DNA of 64,000 nt, from NCBI GenBank assembly GCA_902539635.1, contig CACBJQ010000002.1, positions 37,295-101,294 of the forward strand, written 5' to 3'. The position numbers and the translations under genes are program-made. Each line of letters opens with the position of its first letter. The first letter of the stretch is position 1. Source of the DNA: an uncultured Alphaproteobacteria bacterium. Lineage in GTDB: Bacteria > Pseudomonadota > Alphaproteobacteria > HIMB59. The notes under the pieces were generated by a model, which made no database searches, was not told where the DNA came from, and saw only the letters and a list, made by a program, of their open reading frames with translations. Positions 50,014 to 62,800 of the stretch are shown piece by piece.

Positions 50014-51207
50014 ATGAAAAATAAAATTGTTTTAGCCTACTCAGGCGGGTTAGACACAAGTGTCATACTGAAATGGCTGCAAACCGAATACAACGCAGAT
50101 GTCATCGCATATGCAGCGGATCTTGGTCAAGGTGCAGAGTTAACTGAAGCGAAAATAAAAGCAAAAAAACTTGGTGCAAAGAAAATATATATTGAAAATT
50201 TAAAAGAAGAATTTGTTCAAGATTATGTTTTTCCAATGTTTCGTTGTAATACAATCTATGAGGGTGAGTATCTTTTAGGTACATCAATCGCTCGACCATT
50301 AATTGCTAAGAGACAAATTGAAATAGCAAAAAAAGAAAAAGCTTATGCTGTCTCCCATGGAGCAACAGGTAAAGGAAATGATCAAGTACGATTTGAATTT
50401 TCTTATTATGCCTTAGAACCTAAAATACAAGTGATTGCACCTTGGAGAGAGTGGGATTTATCATCAAGAACTAAACTCTTGGAATTTGCAGCAAAAAACA
50501 AAATCCCTATCATGAAACATAATAAAAAAGAGTCTCCTTATAGTGTGGACGCAAATGTTCTTCATCGATCTGCTGAAGGAAAAATCCTTGAGGACCCCTG
50601 GAAAAGACCACCTGAAAATGTTTTTGGAATTTCAAAAAGCCCTCAATCAGCTCCAAACAAAGAGACAGTTTTAACTATTCAATTTAAAAATGGTGATCCA
50701 ATAGCCATAAATGGAAAAAAACTCTCACCTTTTAATTTATTAGAAAAACTTAATAAATTAGGCGCCCTTAATGGTATTGGAAGAGTTGATATTGTAGAGA
50801 ATAGATACGTGGGAATTAAATCGCGTGGTGTTTATGAGACACCAGGCGGAACAATTTTATTAAAAGCACATCGTGCAATGGAAAGTATAACTCTTGATAG
50901 AGAAGAAGTTTTCACCAAAGATGAACTCATGCCCAAATATGCAAGATTAATTTACAATGGATATTGGTTTGCACCTGAGAGAGTGATGATGCAAAAAGCA
51001 ATTGATGCTACTCAGAAAAGAGTAAATGGACAAGTAAAACTTGCACTTTATAAAGGCAACGTGATTGTCATTGGAAGACAGTCACCTAATAGCCTATATG
51101 ACGAAGATCTCGCAACATTTGAAAGCTCTAATTATGATCAACATGATGCAGAGGGTTTTATTAAACTCAATGCTCTAAGATTAAAAAAGAATAAACTTAA
51201 ACTTTAA
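50014..51207 (+). CDS. argG: Argininosuccinate synthase
   Basis: [43 protein letters not shown]. Confidence 0.99.
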   Translation: MKNKIVLAYSGGLDTSVILKWLQTEYNADVIAYAADLGQGAELTEAKIKAKKLGAKKIYIENLKEEFVQDYVFPMFRCNTIYEGEYLLGTSIARPLIAKRQIEIAKKEKAYAVSHGATGKGNDQVRFEFSYYALEPKIQVIAPWREWDLSSRTKLLEFAAKNKIPIMKHNKKESPYSVDANVLHRSAEGKILEDPWKRPPENVFGISKSPQSAPNKETVLTIQFKNGDPIAINGKKLSPFNLLEKLNKLGALNGIGRVDIVENRYVGIKSRGVYETPGGTILLKAHRAMESITLDREEVFTKDELMPKYARLIYNGYWFAPERVMMQKAIDATQKRVNGQVKLALYKGNVIVIGRQSPNSLYDEDLATFESSNYDQHDAEGFIKLNALRLKKNKLKL

Positions 51208-51218
51208 CTTCTAAATTA

Positions 51219-53657
51219 TTAACCTTGCGTTAAAAAATAATCAGAAATACCTAGCCCCATGATGTCAGCTATGATGTCAATTATTTCATCTTTATGTGAT
51301 GGGCCTACTAGTATTCTGTACATTACGGGATCAGAAATAAGAGTGGGTCTCACCTCAACATCAGTGCCAATTTTATTGGATACATCACTTGCGACTGCTT
51401 CAGAGATGCTCTCTTTTTTAAATGCACCAATTTGAATGTAAGCAGATTGAGTAGAGCTATAAGAAGTTATGGAGTTAATTTGATTAGTCAGACTATCTTC
51501 TAGTGCTGCAATTAAGACTGTTTTGTTTGGTTTTGGCTTTGATTTTATTTGAAAACTTGAGTCAAAAACTTCACTAATAATATCATTCACTTGTTCTTGT
51601 TCTTTTGAATTAAGAGCTGCAATTAAACTATCCAGCAGCTCTTCATTTATCGTCTCCTCTATGACATCAACCTCTGAGAATTTCTTTTCTAATGCCATAT
51701 TGAGTGCATTTAATTGATCTTCATTAATTATTACTTCATTGCTTATCTGGTCTATGTCTTCCTCTTCTGTTTTCAACTTGGTTAATATCTGAGTATTTCC
51801 CCAAGACAGGGTAAAAGTATCTGTGACAAACGCCACATCGTTAGTTGCTTCAACGGTAATATCTAACGATCCTGACTCTTGAGGAGGAGTACCTGCGAAC
51901 ATAAATTGAGAGGGAAGAAATACAAGCCATGGAGGGAGACTGTCATCATTTGCTAACTTTGCGGTAAGGCGTGTTTTTCCACTTCCCTCTAAGTAAAATG
52001 TATTTCTATCAAATTCAAATTTATACTCTACAAAATCAAAAAATGAATCTACATTTCCCACTGTTACTTTATCTGTTTTTTCTAAAATAGGATTTTGTTC
52101 GTTAATTGGTCTGTTAACAAAGACATTATATGATTTTGTCCACCTATTAAGATTATCCTTCAAAGCGACAGCTAGCTCATCATCTGAAATCTGAGCAATA
52201 TTGTCTGGTACAAATGTCATACCCACTGATGAGTATAAAGTACCCAAACTGTACTGTAACTCCGCATAGGCAATATCATTTCTCAAACGAGAAACCAATA
52301 GGCTAGCTTCTTCTCTAATTACTTCTAATTCTCCAAATCTAGAAATTTTTTGAGCATTAGCTATGAGTTCATTAATTCTTTGGGCCACACTTAAGTAATG
52401 CTTAGCATTGCTGTACTCCCTTAAACTTTGTGCATAATTGATATTGGCAATATGGACCTGAGATAATACTGCCATTGAAAGAGCTAATCGCTGTTCTTCA
52501 ATAATTTGTTTATTTATTTTATTTACATCATTGATGTTCCCTGCTTGAAAGATATTCAATAAATTCGCACCAAATACAGCACCATATTCAGTATTATTTT
52601 TATTCAAAAGATACTTATTGGAATCGTAAGTCCATGTCGCATTAAATTGCAAGGATGGAAAAAGTGAAAGCATGGACGCACGCGCTTCTTTAGCTGTAAC
52701 TTCAGCTTGGTATCGTATTTCCAATAATTCTGGTCTAGAAAATAATGCTACCTCCTCTTGTTCCTCTAGGCCCATCACTAATTCAGTCAAAGGCTTATCA
52801 GTTTTAGTTAAGACATAATCTTGACCTGGCATCAAACCCATCAGTGTAGAGAGTTGAGCTCTTGAGTCCATGAGCGCCCTTCTTTGCGTATTTAAAATTT
52901 GTGCCACGTCGAGTAATTCTTTTTGGTATAATAAGGCATCCATAGGAGAGCTGATTAAAAGCTGTTCGATATATTCATAATCATCCAATGCTTTATTAAC
53001 ACGATCCATCAATGGGTTAATTTCTGCTAAAAGTTCATCAGCTGAAAGTGTTTTCCAATAAGCGTATATAACTTCTTTAGTCAAATTATGAATAGCTTTT
53101 CTTTCTAACTCTTTAGAAATCAAATAACGATCAGCCTGCTGTCCTGCACGAACATAAGACAATCCAAAATCTAAGGCATTCCAAGTAAAACCTATATCAG
53201 TCGTCCTTGATGGTGTTTCCTGAGAGACTGAATAAGAGGGACTGTCTCCTATTGCGTTTGCAGCTTTATTTTCTTCACCAGTAATATCATTTCCTTCACT
53301 ATCTTGTTCTGTAACCATAGCGACACTAGTAGAGGCAGGATGTTTTTCTAAAACTTTATATCCTGCATTTGCAGATAATTTAGGAAGCATATCAAACTTT
53401 ACGACATCAGTTTGCCCTTGATTGAGAGCTGAGTCCATGATTTGAATTCTCAAATCACGGTTATTTTTAATGGCAATGGCAATTGCCTTATAAAGGTCAA
53501 TTTCAAGAGGGACAGCTTTTGAAGTTTCTTTTAAATATTCATAATCCTCTTTGGAAGATAATTGTACTTGCTCTTTAATTAGTGGTTCTGGGGCTTGACT
53601 ACACGCCCCCACCAATAAGACCAGTGAAATAAAAATAGTAGTTTTAAGTAGCTTCAT
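51219..53657 (-). CDS. TolC-family outer membrane lipoprotein fused to a cadherin-like (CADG/He_PIG) domain and a C-terminal SPOR domain
   Basis: Lipobox LLVGAC; OEP repeats (AIAIAIKNNRDL, WNALDFGLSY, ALFSRPELLE); LPPWLVF...FAGTP at ~51800-52025; YIQIGAF...YRILVGP at ~51219-51445. Start placed at MKLLK (53657). Confidence 0.88.
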   Translation of the reverse strand: MKLLKTTIFISLVLLVGACSQAPEPLIKEQVQLSSKEDYEYLKETSKAVPLEIDLYKAIAIAIKNNRDLRIQIMDSALNQGQTDVVKFDMLPKLSANAGYKVLEKHPASTSVAMVTEQDSEGNDITGEENKAANAIGDSPSYSVSQETPSRTTDIGFTWNALDFGLSYVRAGQQADRYLISKELERKAIHNLTKEVIYAYWKTLSADELLAEINPLMDRVNKALDDYEYIEQLLISSPMDALLYQKELLDVAQILNTQRRALMDSRAQLSTLMGLMPGQDYVLTKTDKPLTELVMGLEEQEEVALFSRPELLEIRYQAEVTAKEARASMLSLFPSLQFNATWTYDSNKYLLNKNNTEYGAVFGANLLNIFQAGNINDVNKINKQIIEEQRLALSMAVLSQVHIANINYAQSLREYSNAKHYLSVAQRINELIANAQKISRFGELEVIREEASLLVSRLRNDIAYAELQYSLGTLYSSVGMTFVPDNIAQISDDELAVALKDNLNRWTKSYNVFVNRPINEQNPILEKTDKVTVGNVDSFFDFVEYKFEFDRNTFYLEGSGKTRLTAKLANDDSLPPWLVFLPSQFMFAGTPPQESGSLDITVEATNDVAFVTDTFTLSWGNTQILTKLKTEEEDIDQISNEVIINEDQLNALNMALEKKFSEVDVIEETINEELLDSLIAALNSKEQEQVNDIISEVFDSSFQIKSKPKPNKTVLIAALEDSLTNQINSITSYSSTQSAYIQIGAFKKESISEAVASDVSNKIGTDVEVRPTLISDPVMYRILVGPSHKDEIIDIIADIMGLGISDYFLTQG

Positions 53658-53800
53658 TATTTTCCCGCAAAAAGCATGATAAAATCTCATAATTTAGGCT
53701 TTCAGACAATACAAAAATGACCCATTTTGGGTAATAAATTAAAAAATAGCCCTGATTTTATTGTATTATCCATTAGCTAATAATATGAGGAAAACAGGTT

Positions 53801-56800
53801 TTGGTCAAAGATAATAAAAATTATCCACAGCTACACATTCAGTTGTTGGAGCCAAGGATTATGTTCGATGGTGCTGCGATTTATTCAGCTAGCGAAGCAT
53901 TGGACATGCTTGATGATCAACAATCATTTCAAGTTGATGAAAAAAAACTTTCCTCAGATTTAAACCCCATCATTGAAAATTCAAACTCTAGAAAAGAAAT
54001 TGTTTTTATTGATAGCGGTGTAGACAACTATCAAACTATCGTTGATTCGATTGACTCTTCTAAATCCATTTATCTTATCGACTCCAATGAAAATGGATTT
54101 ACAAAAATGCAAAATGTTTTACAAGGGCACAGTGATGTCGACGCTGTTCATATAATAGGACACTCAAGTGCAGGACAGGTAGTATTAGGTAATTCTATTT
54201 TAAACGCCGATACAATTAATTCTTTTAGTAACACATTGCAGTCCATTGGAAATTCTTTAACGCAGGATGGTGATCTTTTATTTTATGGTTGTAACTTAGC
54301 GCAAGGTGAACAAGGAAAACTACTTTTACAACAAATTGGTAATATCACTCAAGCTGATATCGCTGCCTCAGATGATATCACAGGTAAAGGAGGCGATTGG
54401 AAACTTGAACACAATTACGGTATTGTGGAAACCAACGGCATTGAGGTAGTTGACTACAACTCCTCACTTCTGCAACGAGGTATCTCTTCTGTATTTGGTT
54501 TTGTAGAAAATACCGGCACTGATCTAAGAGCGGGTAGGAATGCAGCAAATCATGCTTCTTCTGCTTCTAATCATTCAGATGGATATAAACCTTTTGTGAT
54601 TGCCTATGAGAATACTGTTACATCAGGATCTTATACTTTTTATAAGAATAGTAATACAGGTTCAGGCTTTGAGGAATCTAATAGTGGCGTCCAGACAGCA
54701 GGCCCAAATATTTCATCTAATACAACAACTGTAGACGCCTCTACTACTCCAATGAATGTTTACTATGTTTATGCAAGTGAAAATTCAGGGCGAAATACGA
54801 CTAGATCTGTGACTTTTGAGGGCGAGATTAAAGGTGTTTGGTTCACTATGAATAATATCGTCTCTTATTCTGGGGTCAGTAAAGATGGAGCTACTTACCA
54901 TACTGAAAGCCAGCACGGAAGTAACAACAGAAATGCCTTCAGTACAGAAAAGTTAAAATGGAACTGGGGTACCAATTTAACAATCAACAGTAAACCTGAT
55001 CATAAAAACGACTGGTTTGGTGTCGATACCGACTCCAACACGTTATATGTAGGTTTTAATAATGGAGCTGACCACGGTGACATCATCAGAGTTTTCACGG
55101 CAGATACTACTAACCAAGCACCAACTGCTGCGGATGATAATGGCGTGGTTAATGAAAATGCTACTTTAACTGTCACTAATGGTGCCAATAAAAATGAGTC
55201 AGGAGGTTCCTATGATACAAACGGGGAACATTCAGGGGATGTTATTGATACAACCAACACAGCATCTAAAGATCAAGATCCAGATGGAGATACCCTATCT
55301 GTTTCTGCAGTTAGACTTGGTTCCACTGAAGGATCAGGAACATCGGGAACTGTAGGTTCTGCATTAACTGGTACTTATGGTCAACTCACCTTAAATTCCA
55401 ATGGTTCGTATACTTATGTAGCTAACCAACCAGCAGCGGATTTACTTGATGCAGGAGATATTGCTTACGACTACTTTAATTATACTGTTACGGATACATC
55501 TTTGACTGATACTGCACGCCTCACCATTCGAATTAACGGTATTAATGATGATGTTACTGCAGTCAATGATTTTGGTGTTGTAACTGAAAACGCTACGCTC
55601 ACTGTCACTGATGGTGAAAGTCAAAACCTTTCCGGCTCCTATGATACTCATGATGAACATTCTGGTGATGTTGCAGCAAATGAACAAGATGCAGACGCTT
55701 CAGCCGTGCATACAATCACTGCCATTCGAACCGGTTCCACCGAAGGATCAGGTACACCAGGATCGTTAGGCTCTGCATTAACAGGTACTTACGGTCAACT
55801 CACCTTAAATGCCAATGGTTCTTATACTTATGTAGCTAACCAAGCAGCAGCTGAGGCCCTTGATGACGGTGAGTCTGCCTGGGATTATTTTAATTACACC
55901 GTTTCTGATGGCACTGACACAGATAATGGAAGAATTGATATTAAAGTATTAGGTATTAACGATGCTCCTGTAGGCCGAAATGATGAAGGTGTCATTGCAG
56001 AAGGTAGCACTTTAACTGTAGCAAACAGCGCCAATGCAAACGAGACTAATGACTCTGGCACCACATATAATGCCACAGGCGAGCATACGGGAGATGTCTT
56101 GGATACCTCTCTCGCTACATCAGAAGACACAGATGTAGATACTAATGAAACCTTAACCGTCTCAGCAATTCGAACAGGACGAGAAAGCGCTGCGGCTGCT
56201 ACGTTTGTTGATAGCAAAAGCGTGCAATCTGGAACAACAGGAGGTATAGCTTTTAACACTGATGGCACCAAAATGTTTGTGGCGAATGTCACCAACGATG
56301 ATGTCGACGAATATACACTTTCCACCGGCTTTGACGTTTCAACAGCATCTTATGACAGTAATTTTAGTGTCGCCTCTCAAGATGGAGGCCCCAACGGAAT
56401 AGCTTTTAATACCGACGGTACAAAAATGTTCATTGCTGGAAAACAAACTGATAGTGTTTATGAATATACTTTATCAACTGGCTTTGATGTTTCAACAGCA
56501 TCTTATGACAGTAGTTTTAGTATCGCCTCTCAAGAGGGGTCAGTAACAGATTTAGCATTTAACACAGATGGAACTAAAATGTTTACTGTTGGTACAGATA
56601 ACCGTTCCGTTTACGAATACAATCTTTCTACTGGTTTTGATGTCTCTACGGCATCTTATGTTGATGGTTTCAGTGTTGCATCCCAAGAAACTGTTCCTAC
56701 TGGTTTAGAATTTAGCGCTGATGGAAAAAGAATGTTTATTACAGGTAACAATGGAGATGATATTACTGAATATAAATTAACCACAGCCTTCGATGTCTCC

Positions 56801-59800
56801 ACATCATCACATGTCGGGCAATTTGATGTTAGCTCTCAAGAAACGCAGGCTTCTTCTATAGCCTTTAATGCTGAGGGCACTAAAATGTTTGTTCTTGGAT
56901 ACAATGGTGAGGACGTTAACGAATATAATTTAACCTCAGCGTTTCGTGTTGCAAATGATACAGGCAGCGTAGGTTCTACATTAGTTGGTGCTTACGGTAC
57001 TTTAACTTTGAACTCCAACGGATCTTATACCTATGCAGCCAACAATAGTATCGTTGGACTAGACGCTAGTGAATCAGTTTATGATTACTTTACTTATACT
57101 GTTTCTGATGGAACAGATACGGACACTGCAGAATTAAAAATTACAGTTTTAGGCGCAAGTAATACCGCACCAGTTGCTCGAGATGATGTGGGTGTTATTC
57201 TTGAGGATGGTACATTAAACGTTGCTGATGGTGCTAATGCGAATGAATCAGGAGGCACATATGATGCCACGGGAGAACACTCAGGTGATGTTCTTCATAC
57301 AAGCTCCACAACTCATTATGATACCGATGCCGATGGAGACACTCTTACAGTAACACAAATTAAACCAAGTGGTGGTTCTAATTCAGCTGTAAATAATAAC
57401 ACCACTTATAACGGCTCTGGCTCTAGTGCAGGCACAACCGTTACAGGAACGTATGGTCAGCTTACGATTGGTTCAGATGGTTCTTATTCCTATGCTGCTA
57501 ACCAAGCAGCAGCCGACTTATTGGATGCAGGAGATGAAGTAGATGATGTTTTTGTTTATACCGTATCAGATGGAACTACGGCAGACGATCAAACTGCAAA
57601 TATCACAATCAAAGTCATAGGAATCAATGATGTTCCTGTTGCTCAAGACGACGAAGGTGTCATTGTTGAAGGTAGCACTTTAACTGTAGCAAATAGCGCC
57701 AACGCAAATGAGACTAATGACACGGGTTCCACATACAATGCCACAGGTGAGCATACAGGCGATGTGATTGATACCTCTCTTGCTGGATCAAAAGACTCTG
57801 ACGCCGATGCCTCAGCTTCTCTGAGAGTATCAAAGATAAAATTAAGCGGTGGCACTAATTCAGATGTCAATAATAACACTACTTATAATGGTTCTGGCGG
57901 GAGCGCAGGTACATCGATTACAGGCACTTATGGTACGTTAACTATTGGTTCAGATGGTTCTTATTCCTATGCTGCTACCACAGCTGCTGCTAATGCTCTT
58001 GACGCTGGAGAGTCACAAGCCGATACCTTTGAGTACACACTTACTGATGGCACCGCGATCGCCACAGCTAATTTAACTATAACAGTTCTGGGCGCTAATG
58101 ATGCCCCTGTTGCTAGAGATGATTCAGGAACAATTGTTGAAGACGGCACTCTTACAGTCAGTGATGGTGATGGCAACAGTACCATTTCTGGAGCTTCTTT
58201 TGTAGATAGTTTTGATGTTTCAGGTCAAGACACCGCGCCCCTAGATATTTCTTTCAATAATGATGGAACCAAGATGTTTGTGTTAGGTAATGCTGGCAAA
58301 GACGTCAATGAATATACACTTTCCACCGGCTTTGATGTTTCAACTGCTAGTTTTGTAGATAGTTTTAGTGTTAACTCTCAAGAAACTTCTCCTAAAAGTA
58401 TTTCTTTCAATAATGATGGAACCAAAATGTTCATATTGGGCAGTGAAGGTGATGATGTTAATGAATATACTCTCTCCACCGGTTTTGATGTTTCAACTGC
58501 AAGCTTCGTTGATAGTTTTGATGTTTCAAGTAATGCGTCATCTCCTCTAGCTGTTACTTTTAATAATGATGGAACAAAAATGTTTGTGACTTGTTCGTTT
58601 AATAGAAATGTTAATGAATATACTCTCTCCACTGGCTTTGATGTTTCAACTGCATCTTATGATAGCAACTTTAGTGTTTCCTCTCAAGATGGAAATCCAT
58701 TTGATATTACTTTTAATACTGATGGAACGAAGATGTTTATTTTAGGGCATGATGGAGATGATGTTAATGAATATACTCTCTCCACGGGATTTGATGTTTC
58801 AACTGCTAGTTTTGTAGATAGTTTTAGTGTTAACTCTCAAGACACCTCTCCAGTAAGTGTTTGCTTTAACAATGACGGAACTAAGATGTTTGTGATAGGT
58901 GCAGCTGGAGTAGATATAAATGAATACACTCTTACTACTCCTTTCAGTTTAGTAAATGTGAGCGGTGAACATACTGGTGATGTAATAGATACTTCTAACA
59001 CGTCAACTTACGATACTGATGTTGATGTTGAAACGTTAACAGTCTCCGCTGTTCGAAAAGGATCTTCTGAAGGTTCTGGCACTGCTGGTACTGTCGGCCA
59101 GGCTTTAACCGGTACTTATGGTGACTTAACCCTTAATGCTGATGGTTCTTATACTTATGTAGCTAACCATGCAGATGCAGACGCTTTAGATGCAGGCGAT
59201 GTGGTAACAGATACTTTTAATTATACAGTTACAGACGGCACTGCTGAAGACACAGCTGTAATTACTATCACTATAATCGGTGTGAACGATACGCCTACGG
59301 CTCAAAATGACTTTGGCGCTATTGTAGAAGATGGCACTTTAACAGTTACTAATGGGGCTAATGCCTCAAACGATGGATCAATAAATACAACGGGGGAGCA
59401 CTCTGGTGATCTGATGGATACTAGCTCTGCTTCCCATAAAGACTCAGATGTGGATGCTTCTGACTCTTTGTCAATTACTCAAATTAAAAAAAGTGGGGGG
59501 TCTAATTCTGCTGTAGCAAGTGGAAGTTCATACAATAGCAGCGGGACCCAGGTAGTCGGAACCTATGGTACGTTAACAATCGGTGCTGATGGGTCTTATA
59601 CTTATGCCGCTACTCAAGATGCAGCTGATGCTTTAGATGAAGGGGAGACCGCTAATGATGTCTTTACTTACACTCTTTTTGATGGCACCGCTACTACTAC
59701 AGCTGATTTAACCATTACTGTTATCGGTGCTAACGAGGCCCCTGTTGCCAGAGACGATAGTGGAACAGTGATTGAAGATGGCACTCTCACCGTCAGTGAT

Positions 59801-62800
59801 GGCGACAATACCAGCACTATAGTTGGTGCCTCCTTCGTTGATAGTTTTGATCTTTCCTCTCAAGAGTCTTCTCCTCAAGGGGTAGCTTTTAATACAGATG
59901 GCACAAAAATGTTTATTGTCGGCTGGGGCGGAGATGAGGTTAATGAATATACACTCTCCACTGGTTTTGATGTTTCTACGGCATCTTATGACAGTAATTT
60001 TAGTGTTGCCTCTCAAGAGTCTATTGCACAAGACATAGCCTTTAATACAGATGGTACAAAAATGTTTATTGTCGGTTCTGGCGGAGATAAGGTTAATGAA
60101 TATCATTTGTCTACTGGCTTTGATGTTTCTACGGCATCTTATGACAGTAACTTTAGTGTCGCCTCTCAAGAAGATTCACCTCAAGGTTTAGCATTTAATA
60201 ATGATGGCACTAAGATGTTTATTACAGGAGGGGCCGGAGATGATGTAAATGAATATACACTCTCCACTGGTTTTGATGTATCCACCGCCTCGTTCGTCGA
60301 TAGTTTTAGTATTAGTTCCCAAGACACTCTCCCTAATGGCTTAGCATTTAGCAACGACGGAAAAAAAATGTTTGTTACGGGTAACAATGATGATGATATT
60401 AACGAATATACACTCTCCACTGGTTTTGATGTATCCACTGCCTCCTTTGTTGGATCCATTAGCGTCACTTCGCAAGACACTGTTCCGGGAGGGATAAAAT
60501 TCAATCATGACGGGACTAAATTATTTATGGTGGGAGTAAATGGTGCAGATATTAATGAATACACTCTTACTACTCCTTTTAGTCTAATTGATGTCAGTGG
60601 TGAACATACGGGTGATGTGTTAGATACCAGTAATACCTCTACTCGTGATACTGATGTTGACGTTGAAACTTTATTGGTAACTGCAGTTCGAACAGGATCT
60701 TCTGAAGGATCAGGTACAGATGGTACTGTGGGGTCAGCCCTAACAGGAACTTATGGTCAATTAACGCTTAACTCCAATGGTTCCTACACGTATGTTGCCA
60801 ATCAATCGGCTGCTGATGACCTCGACGCGGGCGATGTAGTAACAGACTCTTTTAATTATACCGTTAGCGATGGTACTAGTGGCACGGTAGCTACTGACAC
60901 TGCTGTTATCACTATCACTGTGATTGGTATAAACGATGCACCTACTGCTCAAGACGATGTAGGTTTTATTGTTGAAGACGGTACATTAACAGTAACAAAC
61001 GGTGCTAATGCAACTCTCGATGGCTCTTATGACTCCACTGGTGAAAATTCTGGTGATTTAATGGATACCACCTCTGCTTCTCATAAAGACTCAGATGTGG
61101 ATGACCATGATACTTTATCGATTACTCAAATTAAAAAAAGTGGGGGGTCAAACTCTTCTGTAGCCATAGGCAGCTCTTATAACAGTAGTGGGACACAGGT
61201 AGTCGGAACCTATGGTACGCTAACAATCGGTGCTGACGGGTCTTATACTTACATCGCTAATCAAGATGCAGCTGACGTGTTAGATGTTGGACAATCTGCT
61301 AATGATGTCTTTACTTACACCCTTACTGATGGCGTTACCTCCACTACGGCCAATTTAACTATTACAGTTCTAGGCGCTAATGATGCTCCTGTTGCTCAAG
61401 ACGACACAGGAACAATCAATGAAGACGACACTCTCACCGTTGCTAACGGAGATGACAGCAACACTATTTCTGGTGCTTCTTTTGTAAAAACCAAAGTTTT
61501 TCCTTCCACTGAAATTAGGATGTCTACCGGTCATACATTTAACAATGATGGAACCAAGTTGTATGTGTTGGATTACACAGATAAAGATATCAGTGAATAC
61601 ACTCTCTCCACCGCCTTTGATGTTTCAACTGCAAGTTATGTAGATAATTTTAATTTTTCAGCCCAAGACTCACAAGGACAAGTTTATGATCTTGTATTTA
61701 ATACTGATGGAACCAAGATGTTTATAGTAAGTAATGCTAGTGATAGTATTATTGAATATCATCTTTCCACCGCCTTTGATGTTTCTACTGCATCCTACGA
61801 TAGTAGTCTTAGTACTTTTAATAATAGCGGCGTTACAATAGATCACGCTCCTGTCGCTCTTGCTTTTAATACTGATGGAACCAAGATGTTTATGGTCGGT
61901 TCTGCTAATGATAAAGTTAATGAATACACTCTGTCCACCGGTTTTGATATTTCAACAGCGAGCTATGTAGATGGTTTTAGTTTTTCAAGTCAAACAACTG
62001 GGCCTTATGGTCTTACATTCAACAATGATGGAACCAAGATGTTTTTGATGGATGTGTATGATGATGAAGTCCATGAATATACTTTGTCCACTGGCTTTGA
62101 TGTATCAACGGCAAGTCATTCAGGTAGTTTTGTTCAAACTAAAGAAACTGCTCCTGTTGGCCTTTCTTTTAATCCTGATGGAACCAAGATGTTTATAACA
62201 GGTACTAATAGTAATAGTATCCATGAATTCGCTCTTACTACTCCTTTCAGTTTAGTAAATATTAGCGGTGAACACACAGGTGATGTAATTGATACAAGCA
62301 GTACCTCCAACAAAGATAGTGATGTTGATGGTGACACTCTTACAGTAACACAAATTAAAAAAAGTGGTGGCTCTAACTCTGCTGTCTCATCTGGTACTAC
62401 AAACACGAACGGCACCTCTGTAACAGGAACTTACGGTGTCCTTACAATCGGCGCTGACGGTTCTTATAAATATATTGCTAATCAAACAGCTGCAGATGCC
62501 CTAGATGCAGGTGATCAAGTGACCGATGTCTTTACTTATACTCTTAGTGATGGCGCACTCACAGATACGGCTAATATTACTATTACAGTGATCGGTATCA
62601 ACGATGCTCCTACTGCTCAAAATGATGTTGGTGTCATCAATGAGGATGCAGAATTTTCTGTTCTTGACGGAGCTAATAAAAACGAAACAGGGGGATCTTT
62701 TAATGCATCAGGCGAGTATTCAGGTGATTTAATTAATACTACTAGCGCTAGTCATGTTGATAGCGATGCAGACGCCTCAGCTTCTCTGACAATTACATCC

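Noticed and set aside
3136-50299. Short antisense or nested ORFs in the track (for example 6537-6917, 12361-12648, 25798-26073, 42888-43223)
   Set aside because: Each lies within a well-supported gene and has no recognisable motif.
53785-53814. ATG at 53785 as start of the giant gene or a leader peptide
   Set aside because: It opens only MRKTGFGQR-stop in another frame; the TTG at 53801 is in frame with LEPR and has GAGG upstream. No evidence of function for the short ORF.
53821-53829. Perfect DnaA box TTATCCACA at the start of the giant gene
   Set aside because: Single isolated copy within codons N-Y-P-Q, 42 kb from the origin cluster; a chance match is plausible at this AT content.
56198-62257. 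153-nt periodic repeats as a CRISPR array or DGR target
   Set aside because: The repeats are in-frame protein repeats with synonymous variation; there is no constant repeat with unique spacers, and no cas or reverse transcriptase gene in the window.
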